A stretch of 64,000 bases of DNA from NCBI GenBank assembly GCA_019752595.1, contig JAIELV010000001.1, positions 553,209-617,208 of the forward strand. Direction: 5' to 3'. How positions within the stretch are numbered: position 1 is the first letter of the stretch; each line of letters starts with the position of its first letter. The translations under genes and the position numbers were made by a program. The notes beneath the pieces are model-generated. The model searched no databases, was not told the origin of the DNA, and saw only the letters and a list, made by a program, of their open reading frames with translations. Positions 1-10,315 of the stretch are shown here, one piece after another. Origin of the DNA: Patescibacteria group bacterium. Lineage in GTDB: Bacteria > Patescibacteriota > Minisyncoccia > Phycocordibacterales > Phycocordibacteraceae.

Positions 1-2
1 CG

Positions 3-1472
3 TGGCCCGGTGAAATCATTTCACCAAATGATGCTGACGTTCAACCTCCGCGAGAAGGGGCAATTATCTCTTGGGAAGTATCGATTGGTGATTACGTGAA
101 CGCAGGGCAAGTCCTTGGTCGTTTGTCTGCTACTTCTCTCACTCCTGAGTTAGCAACGACACTTGCCGAACAAGCGGCCGCTCTCGCTCAAGCAAAAGCA
201 CGCGCCGCTTCAACGGATGCCTATGTTGGACAAACAAAAACTCAATTGAGTACGTTCACAACGAGCGACACTGCGCTACGAGCAATTGAGGAAGCGAAGC
301 AATCTGTTATTGCAACAAAGGAGAGTGTCCGAGCTACATTGCGACAATCTGTTGTTTCAGAATACTCCACGTTTTCAGGAAATAATCGGGATATTTTGTC
401 GTCTACAAATAATCTCTTTAACTCAAGTATTCCCTGGTGGTTTGGTGCTACAAATTCTAGCCTCAGAGACAAGTATCTTACCGCTACAATGGCCGCGCTC
501 GATGCGCTCGAAAAAGATGCTGTCCCTCAACAGGTCGGTGTGAGCTACTTCTTGGCAGCGACTCAACTTGCTTCCGCTAGTATTGCGAGCGGAGAATCAT
601 TCACCCAAACAAACCTAAACGATTTGCGCAAGGATATTGCGGACGATCAGTCATCCTTCAATGAAGCTGTGGAAAAATATCGCGATGCAGTACTTAATGT
701 ATCTGAAAAAGAAAAAGAATACGCTGAGCGTTCTCGTGATACATCTCAAAAGTCGACCGAGCTTGACCGAGAGAAAATAATTGCACAAGGAGAACTTGAA
801 GCAGCCGAGGCGTCATATCGAGCAGTCTCAGGCGCTATTACGGGCGGAAGTGCAATTGTCGCTCCTAAAAGCGGTTACGTTTCGGCAATCACAAGTCAGA
901 TTGGAGAGTTCGTGGCCCCGGGTAGAGCCGTTGCGTCCATCAGCTCGGGCGTAAAGACAAATAAAATTGTTCGCTTCCGCATTCCAAGCAATGTTGAAGT
1001 ACCAAAGAAAGGTGATGTGGTAAAGATCGTCCGTCCGGGTTTTGCCAAGGACGTAAGGACGGCAACAATCTCTGGTGTAGGAACAGCACTTGATGGAAAT
1101 GGCGCATTTATGGCTGATGCGCGAATCGACGCAAGCATTGATTGGCCAGCACACCTTTCTGTTCGAGTCATTCCAAACGCAAAGACTGCTCAAACAATCG
1201 CCGTTCCTTTCGACGCTGTCTTTTGGGATGAAGAGAATCATCCGCATGTATGGAATGTAACCGCAGAAGGCATTGTGCAATCGCGCGAAGTTACTACAGG
1301 ACGCACGTTTGGAGACGCAGTAGAAATTCTGAAAGGACTTGCGATTGGAGATATCTATCTACTGCAAGCAACTGAATCTATTACTGAGGGTATGCGAGTC
1401 GAGCAACCTAACACAACAGTGAGCGAACCTGCACCTGAAGGAGATGGGCATGGACATGCTCACGATGAATAA
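3..1472 (+). CDS. RND efflux periplasmic adaptor (CusB/CzcB/HlyD family), 5'-truncated by the window
   Basis: Frame is open from nt 3 (WPGEIISPNDADVQPPREGAIISWEVSIGDYV). Has lipoyl-like halves, a long coiled coil, IAVPFDAV...VTTGRTFGDAVEILKGL and a His-rich tail; lies directly upstream of an RND permease. Confidence 0.85.
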   Translation, partial: WPGEIISPNDADVQPPREGAIISWEVSIGDYVNAGQVLGRLSATSLTPELATTLAEQAAALAQAKARAASTDAYVGQTKTQLSTFTTSDTALRAIEEAKQSVIATKESVRATLRQSVVSEYSTFSGNNRDILSSTNNLFNSSIPWWFGATNSSLRDKYLTATMAALDALEKDAVPQQVGVSYFLAATQLASASIASGESFTQTNLNDLRKDIADDQSSFNEAVEKYRDAVLNVSEKEKEYAERSRDTSQKSTELDREKIIAQGELEAAEASYRAVSGAITGGSAIVAPKSGYVSAITSQIGEFVAPGRAVASISSGVKTNKIVRFRIPSNVEVPKKGDVVKIVRPGFAKDVRTATISGVGTALDGNGAFMADARIDASIDWPAHLSVRVIPNAKTAQTIAVPFDAVFWDEENHPHVWNVTAEGIVQSREVTTGRTFGDAVEILKGLAIGDIYLLQATESITEGMRVEQPNTTVSEPAPEGDGHGHAHDE

Positions 1473-1475
1473 AAT

Positions 1476-4400
1476 ATGTTGAACAAAATCATATCTTTTT
1501 CGCTGAAACATCAGTGGAGAGTGGTTGCGGTATTCATCGCCATCAGTGGGCTCGGCGTGTGGAGTTTTCTCACGATGAAGGTGGATGTATTGCCCGACAT
1601 CAACAAGCCGACAGTCGCTGTGTTTACCGAAGCTGAGGGGCTTGCCCCCGAAGAAGTCGAACGACTCGTTCTTGCTCCAGTTGAGAACGCAGTTGCAGGA
1701 GCACCTGGTGTTACGCGTGTGCGAGGAACAGCATCATTCGGGCTCGCAATTGTGCAAGCAGAATTTGATTGGGGTTCGGACATCTATCGCAACCGACAAA
1801 TAATTCAAGAGCGAATTTCTCGTCTTGATCTTCCTCAGAACGTTCGACCTGTACTTGGTCCCGTGAGTTCCATCATGGGAGAAATTATGTGGGTTGGGCT
1901 TACTTCTGAAGAATCCACACTGGATGGTAAAGAATTGCGCACACTAGCAGATTGGACCGTTCGACCAGCCCTTCTTCGTGTTCCGGGCGTCAGCGATATC
2001 ATCGTGCTTGGCGGTGATGTCAAAGAGTGGCAAGTCAATCTAAATCCGGAAGCAATGCGCCGCTATGACCTTACTATTGCCGACGTAGAAGAAAAACTAT
2101 CATCAGTGCTTACGAATAAAAGTGGCGGACTCTTGGTGCAGGGAGGAAAAGAATATCCTCTGCGCATATTGGTTGCACCACAAGATATTGCTGAAATAGA
2201 AGAAGTTGGGATTACCACTTGGAATGGCCGCGGCGTACGGTTGGCTGACATAGGCACTGTCGTTGCGGGCGTAAGCCCTGTTCGGGGAGGTGCCACAATA
2301 GATGGGAAACCAGGAGTCATCCTGCGCATAGCCAAACAACCGGAAGCAGAAACTTTGGCAGTTACCGCTGCCGTTGATGAGGCACTAGAAAGCATTCGAC
2401 AATCCCTACCAACGGGTGTCACTCTCAAGAACGATCTTTTCCGGCAAGAGTGGTTCATCGACGCTGGCCTCAACAACGTGTATCGGGCCCTGCTTGAGGG
2501 TATCGTCGTTGTCGCTATCATTCTCGCGTTATTCCTCATGCATCGGAGGGTTACGTTCATCACGCTCATATCTATTCCGCTCAGTATCGTGGTAACCGCG
2601 ATTGTATTCAAACTCCTCGGATTTTCCGTGAACGTAATGACTTTGGGTGGTATTGCGGTTGCAGTGGGTGAGCTGGTGGACAACGCCATAGTAGGTGTTG
2701 AAAACGTGTTTAGAAGGTTGCGAGAATGGAAAGCTTCAGGCTCATCAGAACCAATACACACAGTAGTGTTTGAAGGTACACGAGAAGTATTGAACTCAAT
2801 CGTGATTGCGACCATTCTCGTCATGATTGTATTCCTGCCAGTGTTCTTTATCCCCGGAGTAGAAGGGCGACTCCTCGCATCTCTTGGGAGTGCCTACCTC
2901 ATAGCACTTTTGTCATCGCTCGTAGTATCAGTCACCATAATCCCAGTTTTGTGTGCACTCCTTCTCTCGCCAAAACACCTTACTGGACATGAGAGCGATA
3001 CGAGGTTCGTGCGCTTCGTGAAAACCAAGATGGCCCCTGCAATTATGTGGGGTATTGAACATGTGAAGCCTCTGATGATTGCCACAATAATTGGCATTGT
3101 CATCACTGCTGGTATGTATGTTTTTGCAGGCAAAGAAGGCATTCCGCCCTTCAATGAAGGGTCGGCGACCATTTCTGTGATTCTCCCAGTGGGGACAGAT
3201 CTTGGTACTTCAAACGCGTTTGCTTCCCGAGTGGAAAAAGAGATAGGAAAAATAGAAGGGGTTGTGCGTGTGGGACATATTACTGGCCGAGCCGGAGCCG
3301 ACCCTCATGATAGCGGAGCAAACACGAGCGAGATTCAAGTTACTTTTGAACAGGGGCTTGAGGGTGAACGAGAACGACTGTTTGCGGAAATACAAAAGGT
3401 AGTTGAACGATTCCCGGCGGCAGACTTCTCTATCGGGCAGCCAATAACTCACCGCGTTGAAGAGTTGCTATCTGGTATACGAGCGCCTATCGTCATTAAA
3501 GTATATGGTGATGATCTTTCGGGTCTTAAACAGACGGCAGAGAGAATTCGCGCGGAGCTTGCAAAGCAAGAGGGGGTAAAAAATCCTCAAGTTCAAAAAG
3601 AGGTATTGCTCCCCGAGTTACGCATCTACCCTGACCGCAACCGACTCGCTGATTACGGCCTCTCAAGCGGACAAGTTGCTGAAGAGCTCGAAGAGGGCTT
3701 GCTCGGCGTTCGTATAGGGCAAGTACAGGAAGGCTCGGCGCGAACAGCTGTAGTGCTACGATACGACCCTTCTTGGCGTGGTAATAGCGACGGCATACGA
3801 GATATATCTCTTCCGTTTGAGAACGTGGAGGCTCTCGGCAATGCAGCAGAGTTGCGCCTCGATGCTGGACGTAATAAATTCAGTCACGAAGGAGGCAAGC
3901 GCGTGCTTGTTGTGAGTGCAAACTACGATGGTGGAGATATCGTGGGTGCGGTGGAAGCGGTCAAACAAACGATGGACAAAGAAAAATTGCCATCGGGGCA
4001 GTCCATCTCGTACGAAGGCACCTATAAAAGTCAGAAAGAAAATAGCCAGCGTCTTGGCATATTGTTTGCCGTGGGACTTATTCTAATCTTGTGGGTGTTG
4101 TACCAGACATTCAAATCAATTCCGATTGCATTACAGATAATGCTCAACATTCCATCAGCCATATTCGGCGGCATGGTCGCCGTGTGGCTTACTGGTGGGG
4201 AGATAAACCTTGCGCACCTAGTTGGCTTTATCTCACTTGCGGGAATTGTTTCAAGAAATGGAATCATTCTCATCAGTCATACGCTCGACTTGGTCGGAGA
4301 GGAAAATGGTAACGGTGTATTAAAAGAGGTGGTTCTCAAAGCTACGCTCGATCGTGTTGTGCCGGTGCTCATGACATCCTTAGTCACCGCACTTGCACTT

Positions 4401-4598
4401 GTGCCACTTCTCATAGGTGGAGATGAGCCAGGAAAAGAGTTGCTGCATCCTCTAGCGGTAGTTATATTCGGAGGGCTTATCAGCTCAACCATCGTCTCGC
4501 TTATTTTCACGCCGTCAGTGTTCTACCACTTCAGAAAACACGACGCTCCGAAACTTGAGCGGTTCTTGAAGAAAGTCCAGGAGGTAACAGATCAATAG
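1476..4598 (+). CDS. Heavy-metal efflux RND permease (CusA/CzcA family)
   Basis: 1040 aa; VDVLPDINKPTV, MTLGGIAVAVGELVDNAIV and RVVPVLMTSLVTALALVPL motifs. Confidence 0.93.
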   Translation: MLNKIISFSLKHQWRVVAVFIAISGLGVWSFLTMKVDVLPDINKPTVAVFTEAEGLAPEEVERLVLAPVENAVAGAPGVTRVRGTASFGLAIVQAEFDWGSDIYRNRQIIQERISRLDLPQNVRPVLGPVSSIMGEIMWVGLTSEESTLDGKELRTLADWTVRPALLRVPGVSDIIVLGGDVKEWQVNLNPEAMRRYDLTIADVEEKLSSVLTNKSGGLLVQGGKEYPLRILVAPQDIAEIEEVGITTWNGRGVRLADIGTVVAGVSPVRGGATIDGKPGVILRIAKQPEAETLAVTAAVDEALESIRQSLPTGVTLKNDLFRQEWFIDAGLNNVYRALLEGIVVVAIILALFLMHRRVTFITLISIPLSIVVTAIVFKLLGFSVNVMTLGGIAVAVGELVDNAIVGVENVFRRLREWKASGSSEPIHTVVFEGTREVLNSIVIATILVMIVFLPVFFIPGVEGRLLASLGSAYLIALLSSLVVSVTIIPVLCALLLSPKHLTGHESDTRFVRFVKTKMAPAIMWGIEHVKPLMIATIIGIVITAGMYVFAGKEGIPPFNEGSATISVILPVGTDLGTSNAFASRVEKEIGKIEGVVRVGHITGRAGADPHDSGANTSEIQVTFEQGLEGERERLFAEIQKVVERFPAADFSIGQPITHRVEELLSGIRAPIVIKVYGDDLSGLKQTAERIRAELAKQEGVKNPQVQKEVLLPELRIYPDRNRLADYGLSSGQVAEELEEGLLGVRIGQVQEGSARTAVVLRYDPSWRGNSDGIRDISLPFENVEALGNAAELRLDAGRNKFSHEGGKRVLVVSANYDGGDIVGAVEAVKQTMDKEKLPSGQSISYEGTYKSQKENSQRLGILFAVGLILILWVLYQTFKSIPIALQIMLNIPSAIFGGMVAVWLTGGEINLAHLVGFISLAGIVSRNGIILISHTLDLVGEENGNGVLKEVVLKATLDRVVPVLMTSLVTALALVPLLIGGDEPGKELLHPLAVVIFGGLISSTIVSLIFTPSVFYHFRKHDAPKLERFLKKVQEVTDQ

Positions 4599-4604
4599 GT
4601 ACTG

Positions 4605-4640
4605 ATAGAAAAAACACTCCGTACGGAGTGTTTTTTCTAT
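4605..4640. terminator. Bidirectional rho-independent terminator
   Basis: atagaaaaaacactcc-gtac-ggagtgttttttctat between the RND gene and a convergent tRNA. Confidence 0.8.
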
Positions 4641-4700
4641 GCATGCGGGTCGCACTATTGCCATAGGCAATAAGGACACGCCGATACAAAGTTGTCAATG

Positions 4701-4788
4701 CGGAGAGGGAGGGATTCGAACCCTCGGAACCCTTTTGAGGTTCAACACATTAGCAGTGTGCTGCATTCGACCGCTCTGCCACCTCTCC
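4701..4788 (-). tRNA. tRNA-Ser(GCU)
   Basis: GGAGAGG acceptor stem, loop CT-GCT-AA, long variable arm, GGTTCGAATCC T-arm; CCA not encoded. Confidence 0.95.
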
Positions 4789-4844
4789 AGTCAAAGCACT
4801 ATAAGACACCGTGGGGTGTTTTCAAAACACTAGTCCGAGCCGAA

Positions 4845-5621
4845 CTACTTCTCTGCGCGAGGTAAAACTTCATACACCTCCTGCAATACACCTTCCTTTA
4901 TAAGCAATGCTTTCATGGAGAGAGCAGCGTATTCTGGATTGATTGTAAGCCCCAACGATTTCTTGAGGGTGGTAATACGGTCCATTTTTATAGACTCAGA
5001 AAGATCAGATACATCTTCCGCTTCAACAACATACAGCGGATTAATGTCTCTCCCTTGCACATTCGTAAATATGTCGAGGTCAACTTGCAAATCCCGATAC
5101 GCTCGTTTTTTCTTCTCCGCCTTAGAACGCTCCACAACATATGATGTTCTGGGTTTACCGACCAGCAGTTGTTCTCGGGTGAGATCGGAATCAAGATTTA
5201 ATGCGTGAAGAATGAGACCTAACGTTCTGTGCGCCGCTTCGAACGAAGCCTCAACACCTTCAATCTCATCTTTGTTTTTGAGAGGACGCGTTGGAACTCC
5301 CGCCTCTGAGTCAAATTTTATTGTCCACTTATATTCCGTGGGCAAAACTGAGTCATCAGGAATAGATTCCCGAATACGGACACTGACTCCCTTTTTCGGG
5401 CTTTGGAAGATGTATGTCTTTGTGTGGCCTTCAAAAACCTTTTTTGCTTTCTTTGCTTCGACAAGTTTATCCAGCTTGGCGCGCACTGTCTGAAAACCTT
5501 TCAAAGTTACCTTGGTCTTCACTTCTGCTTCCTTTTGTCTGGAGATGAGTATTTTCAGCGACGCGAGTTCAGCAAGCATCCGAGTATGTTCCTGCGTCTC
5601 CGCTCCAGAGAGTTTCACCAT
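4845..5621 (-). CDS. CYTH-like (triphosphate tunnel) domain protein
   Basis: EAEVK (ExExK), VRIR, WTIK, KPRTSY, VDLD and VVEAE motifs in CYTH order. Confidence 0.55.
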   Translation of the reverse strand: MVKLSGAETQEHTRMLAELASLKILISRQKEAEVKTKVTLKGFQTVRAKLDKLVEAKKAKKVFEGHTKTYIFQSPKKGVSVRIRESIPDDSVLPTEYKWTIKFDSEAGVPTRPLKNKDEIEGVEASFEAAHRTLGLILHALNLDSDLTREQLLVGKPRTSYVVERSKAEKKKRAYRDLQVDLDIFTNVQGRDINPLYVVEAEDVSDLSESIKMDRITTLKKSLGLTINPEYAALSMKALLIKEGVLQEVYEVLPRAEK

Positions 5622-5649
5622 ATGACCGCTACTATATACTTCTCACAGG

Positions 5650-7788
5650 ATGAATGCGAACAGCACTATAGACGAACTCACCCGCCTCACCCACGCTCAG
5701 CGCGCGGGCCTCAAAAAGCTTGGAATCACCACCGTTCGCGACCTCCTGTACCACTTCCCCTCCCGTTACGAATCCTCTGCAGACATCAAAAGCCTCGAGG
5801 GCGTGAGTGAGGGTGAAACCGCCACCATCTACGGGCAATTCACCAAGCTCGAGATGAAGAAATCGTGGAAAACAAAAGTGCCGATGGCAGAAGGTACTTT
5901 TTCGGACGGCACAGGCACGCTTCGCGTTACATGGTTTCATCAGCCGTACTTAGCAAAAATGATTCCGACAAACGCGCTCGTTCGCCTGCGCGGGAAAATA
6001 ACCGAAAGAAACGGAAGAAAAAACGTCGTTAATCCTGACGTTGAAAAAGCCGACAGCGTTCCTATTCTTTCTGCAAAAGATGCATTCTTCCCTGTCTACC
6101 CAGAATCAGCAGGTATCACCAGTTTGTGGTTTTATCACGCTGTTAGAAAGGCGCGCGAACAAAAACTTCCTGAAGCATTGGAAGATCCAATCCCCGAAAA
6201 AATTCTATCCGCATATCACCTGCCAAAGCTTTCAACGGCGCTTCACTGGATTCACGAACCTCGTGAAGAGAAAGACATGCAGGCAGCGCGAAAACGATTT
6301 GCATTTGAAGAAGTATTTTTGATTCAGGTTGCTCGCGCAAAAGAGCGTGAAGCAAACAAAGAAAAGAAAGCGTTTGAAATAGATGCCGAGGAAAAGCGCG
6401 TGGCGGAATTCATGAAATCGTTTCCGTTTGAAGCAACGAAGGGGCAAAAAAATGCGATTGCAGATATCCTGGCAAACTTTTTAGAGCCGTATCCTATGGC
6501 ACGCCTTTTGGAAGGCGACGTGGGAAGCGGAAAAACGGCGGTTGCCGCCGCCACGGCATACGCCGTTGTTACTTCACACCCGAAAAATGCGGAGGGTAAA
6601 AAACAGACATTCGGCAATCTGCAGGTTGCATACATGTGTCCTACTGAAATATTAGCGAAACAACACTTCGCGACATTCACTTCGTTCTTCAAAAAACATC
6701 CGATACAAATAGGCCTCATCACTTCTTCAGGTTGTTACAAATTTCCTTCAAAAGCATTCCCTGGAGGCGCAACCGACATTTCCCGCTCACAACTTTTGAA
6801 ATGGGTCGCAAACGGCGAGATACCAATTCTCATCGGCACACACTCATTGATTCAAAAAACGGTGCAATTCAAACACCTCGCGTACGCAATCATCGACGAA
6901 CAACATCGCTTCGGCACCGCACAGAGAAAAGCAATCACATCAAAGACAACAACGAACCCGCACCTCTTATCGATGACCGCAACACCCATCCCCCGCACGC
7001 TCGCGCTCACTCTCTATGGCGATTTGGATTTAACAGTCTTAGACGAAATGCCGAGCGGAAGGAAACCTATCCAGACAGACATCATCACACCGTCACGCCG
7101 TGACCATGCGTACGAAAAAATCCGTTCTCTTATTAAGGAAGGACGTCAGGCATACGTCATCTGCCCACGCATAGACGAACCCGACGAAACAAAAGCCCTC
7201 GCACTTCAGGCTCGCTCCGTAGCATCCGAGATGAAACGCTTGTCTACGAAAGTGTTTCCCGAATTCACCATTGCGAAACTGCACAGCAAAATGACACCGA
7301 AAGAAAAGGAAGAGACGATGGCGGAGTTTGAAAAAGGGAAAATAAACATTTTGATATCAACCTCGGTCGTCGAGGTTGGCGTGAACGTGCCGAATGCCAC
7401 CGTCATTATGATTGAAGGTGCAGAGAGGTTTGGGTTGGCACAGCTTCATCAGCTCCGTGGCCGCGTGATGCGCTCTACGCATCAGCCCTACTGTTTTTTG
7501 ATGACGGAAGGCAAAGGAGAAAATGCCCGACTGAAAGCAATCATGACTGCCAAAAACGGGTTTGAACTTGCTGAAAAGGATTTATCCATTCGTGGCGCAG
7601 GAGAGCTGTACGGAAAACATCAGTCGGGTATTTCCGATATTGGCATGGAAGCACTCAAAAATTTGAAACTTGTGGAGGCCGCCCGCAAAGAAGCGCTCGC
7701 GCTTGTTGCCAAAGACCCGCATCTGAAAAAACACCCCCTTCTTGAGGTGCTCTCGAAAGAAAAGGCCCAGTCACTTCATTTCGAATAA
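5650..7788 (+). CDS. recG: ATP-dependent DNA helicase RecG
   Basis: LLEGDVGSGKT, IIDEQHRFG, MTATPIPRTL, QLHQLRGRV. Confidence 0.97.
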   Translation: MNANSTIDELTRLTHAQRAGLKKLGITTVRDLLYHFPSRYESSADIKSLEGVSEGETATIYGQFTKLEMKKSWKTKVPMAEGTFSDGTGTLRVTWFHQPYLAKMIPTNALVRLRGKITERNGRKNVVNPDVEKADSVPILSAKDAFFPVYPESAGITSLWFYHAVRKAREQKLPEALEDPIPEKILSAYHLPKLSTALHWIHEPREEKDMQAARKRFAFEEVFLIQVARAKEREANKEKKAFEIDAEEKRVAEFMKSFPFEATKGQKNAIADILANFLEPYPMARLLEGDVGSGKTAVAAATAYAVVTSHPKNAEGKKQTFGNLQVAYMCPTEILAKQHFATFTSFFKKHPIQIGLITSSGCYKFPSKAFPGGATDISRSQLLKWVANGEIPILIGTHSLIQKTVQFKHLAYAIIDEQHRFGTAQRKAITSKTTTNPHLLSMTATPIPRTLALTLYGDLDLTVLDEMPSGRKPIQTDIITPSRRDHAYEKIRSLIKEGRQAYVICPRIDEPDETKALALQARSVASEMKRLSTKVFPEFTIAKLHSKMTPKEKEETMAEFEKGKINILISTSVVEVGVNVPNATVIMIEGAERFGLAQLHQLRGRVMRSTHQPYCFLMTEGKGENARLKAIMTAKNGFELAEKDLSIRGAGELYGKHQSGISDIGMEALKNLKLVEAARKEALALVAKDPHLKKHPLLEVLSKEKAQSLHFE

Positions 7789-7806
7789 AACCACATTGAG
7801 CCCTGC

Positions 7807-8562
7807 CTACGCGTCCCGATCTTCTTCATCGTTTTTTCCCCGCAACAGAATCTCCCTTACTGCACTCAGGCGCTCATCGAGCACCGTGATGACCGCACCA
7901 AAGAAATTTGGTCTCGACGCCCAATCACTTTTTGATGAATCAAGCATGAGGTCGCACAATTGCGAAAGCGTGTGGCGAGAAACGATAGCTTGGTGTAATG
8001 CCATCTCTGCATGATTAGGCTGAATTCCGCATTCATCCATTATGTACACCGTTATCACGTCAGTGTTGTCGCGCGCGCGTAATACTCGCTGATGGTTAGA
8101 CATAGTGAACAGTGCATCTGAAGTCGCTCGCTCTTTCTCTGTCCCAGAGGTGGTTCGGTGCATGGTATCGATACGATGCGAGAGTTCGGCAATAACCGCA
8201 AGATAGTACGAAGGCTTTTCCTTCCACATGCTCTGCGTACTACTGGTGAGTGATTCGCAAAGCGCGCTCAGAGGTGTTTCTTTCAAACCCTGGAGACGTA
8301 TACCTATATTCCGTTCATTTCTGGAAAATCCCTGGATTCTGGAAATCATCTTTTCAATTGTTCCCGCTTCAGTCACCGCACGGGCAACAAGGTCATGCTG
8401 CGTTTTATAGAAAGTAGCGTCATCATTTTCCGATTCAGATACTGCTATTTCTGGCGTTGAAGGCACACCGCGCGAATCCATACGTTGCGCTGTCACGTTT
8501 GGCTGTCTGATAGTTTCGCGGGTGAAAAGACTCACCACTTTTCCGTCCTTTCCTTCTGCCAT
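7807..8562 (-). CDS. Hypothetical protein with a duplicated helical domain
   Basis: 251-aa ORF with two LSxLC...SS...W...P.(Y/F)..AVI..L..R units. Confidence 0.7.
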   Translation of the reverse strand: MAEGKDGKVVSLFTRETIRQPNVTAQRMDSRGVPSTPEIAVSESENDDATFYKTQHDLVARAVTEAGTIEKMISRIQGFSRNERNIGIRLQGLKETPLSALCESLTSSTQSMWKEKPSYYLAVIAELSHRIDTMHRTTSGTEKERATSDALFTMSNHQRVLRARDNTDVITVYIMDECGIQPNHAEMALHQAIVSRHTLSQLCDLMLDSSKSDWASRPNFFGAVITVLDERLSAVREILLRGKNDEEDRDA

Positions 8563-8729
8563 AGTGGAGATACTGTACTCCTCAAAAAAGAAAAAGTGAA
8601 ATCAGTCAATGCATAACAACAACGTTCAAAATTTCTCCACCTTTCTCTCATTCTCCCTCATCTCTCCGTGATAACTGATATGATATATCATATCATTGAT
8701 TTTTAGTAAAAAAGTGGTAAAAAGCGTTC

Positions 8730-9449
8730 ATGGCAGTCGCTGAAACGCTGAATCTTAATGGGGTGCTACAGGGCATACGCGGACGCAGGGCGTTTGCACG
8801 AAGAACGCGGGAGACGAGGAGTTCAAATGAAAAACCTTCACTGGTCGCACTTCACGAAGCGGCGCACGTGTTTGTTGCGCTAGCAACAGGCACAGCTGAC
8901 CCAAAGAGCGCAAACATCATTCCCCACGGAATGGTAGAGGGCACCACGTGGCTTTCAAATTTCAGTGCCGTGGTCGCCGCTGCGGGCGAAGCAATTGGGG
9001 ATCACGCAGGCGCAGGTGGTGACAGACAAATTGCTGCGAACGAAGGGGTAAATTGGAAACGAGCTGTCGAAGGCGCGAAAGCAGCGATAAGCGGAAATAT
9101 GCACGTGATTTACGCCCTCGCTTCAGCGCTCCAGAAATGGAAGGAGCTCGGGAGCGGAGATTTGCGCGACGTCTACAGCGAAGCCAAGAACGGCGCGGAA
9201 GTGATGATTACTTTTACTGATGAGACTGGCGATACGCAAACCGAAACAACACGAACCAAGCCAGGGACTCATGAGGTCAAAGTCCCCGCGTGGCTTTTCG
9301 TTGCTTTGATGGAAGCGGCGGGTGAAGAAGCGGAAGATTTGAAAAAAGAAGGGGTTACTGTTGGTGGATTTCCGAAAAGAAATACGCGCGGTGTGAAAGT
9401 AGATGTAGTGACCGAAAAAGATTTGGCCGACCTGCAGAGAGACGTTTAA
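8730..9449 (+). CDS. Stand-alone peptidase M41-like (HEXXH) protein
   Basis: ALHEAAH, IIPHGMVEGTT and GAGGD parallel the FtsH motifs [18 protein letters not shown] and GPSND. Confidence 0.6.
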   Translation: MAVAETLNLNGVLQGIRGRRAFARRTRETRSSNEKPSLVALHEAAHVFVALATGTADPKSANIIPHGMVEGTTWLSNFSAVVAAAGEAIGDHAGAGGDRQIAANEGVNWKRAVEGAKAAISGNMHVIYALASALQKWKELGSGDLRDVYSEAKNGAEVMITFTDETGDTQTETTRTKPGTHEVKVPAWLFVALMEAAGEEAEDLKKEGVTVGGFPKRNTRGVKVDVVTEKDLADLQRDV

Positions 9450-9497
9450 ACAGCGAGGTCGACCTAGTGCGCGACATTAAAACTTACTCAAGTGAGG

Positions 9498-10301
9498 TTA
9501 CTTCGCTTTTTTAGTTTGGGCGATCACTCCCATAGTGAGAATCATAACGTCCCCTGCGATGTCTCGCTCTTGCGCAAAACGCTCAATACTTCGAGTCCTG
9601 ATTTTGATCTGTGCCTTCTTCCATACGGATTCGATATCTCCTGCAAGACGTTTAGCAGCTTCTTCTGGTCTATCTGCCATGATGTCTGGTGACCGTTCTT
9701 GAAGTCGATCTCCGCGAATGTGTGGCAGTGCATACACATACAAGACAAGAGCGTGCTTAAAAAAGTCAGCTGGAACACCCGACAGTTCAGACTCCTCTGA
9801 AAAGAAATCAAGATTCGCTGAGTAAATAGGGATGCTTCCTTGGGGAGGCTTTTCGAAACCGTACCATTCAACACGTCCACCCTGTTCTTTCTGATCCATC
9901 TTTCTGCGCCATCGAATTCCCTTGCCGACTTTCTCTTTGAATTCGTCGAGGTTTGCAGCGAAATCGTTTTCTACGAGGTTATCATTCGCGCGTTGAGGGC
10001 GCGACACAATCCGTTTCGGTATGACGAAATGTGCATCCGCAAGTTCAGGATCATTGATATACGTTCGCGCGACATCAACCAAGGAACTCTTTCCAGCCCC
10101 TGAAGGACCTACGACTACAATTGCATCTATACGCTCTAAGGCTGCAAGTTTTTCAGGAGAATAATCTAAAAGAGAGTGATCCGTCTCTCCTTCAACGTGA
10201 CGCGCCATGTACCACATAGGCTTTATAAGGGCCGCACCTTCTGCTCCGCGCTTAAAGCCTTCTGCTCCGCGCTCTAAAATCGAACCTAGGGAGAGATCCA
10301 T
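9498..10301 (-). CDS. Guanylate kinase/PhnN-like P-loop kinase
   Basis: VVVGPSGAGKSSL, RIVSRPQR, WYG. Confidence 0.65.
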   Translation of the reverse strand: MDLSLGSILERGAEGFKRGAEGAALIKPMWYMARHVEGETDHSLLDYSPEKLAALERIDAIVVVGPSGAGKSSLVDVARTYINDPELADAHFVIPKRIVSRPQRANDNLVENDFAANLDEFKEKVGKGIRWRRKMDQKEQGGRVEWYGFEKPPQGSIPIYSANLDFFSEESELSGVPADFFKHALVLYVYALPHIRGDRLQERSPDIMADRPEEAAKRLAGDIESVWKKAQIKIRTRSIERFAQERDIAGDVMILTMGVIAQTKKAK

Positions 10302-10315
10302 AAAATTTTTTGTAG

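Noticed and set aside
10237-10275. 21-bp tandem duplication (RGAEG twice) in the kinase N-terminus
   Set aside because: Simple slippage duplication in a probably disordered region
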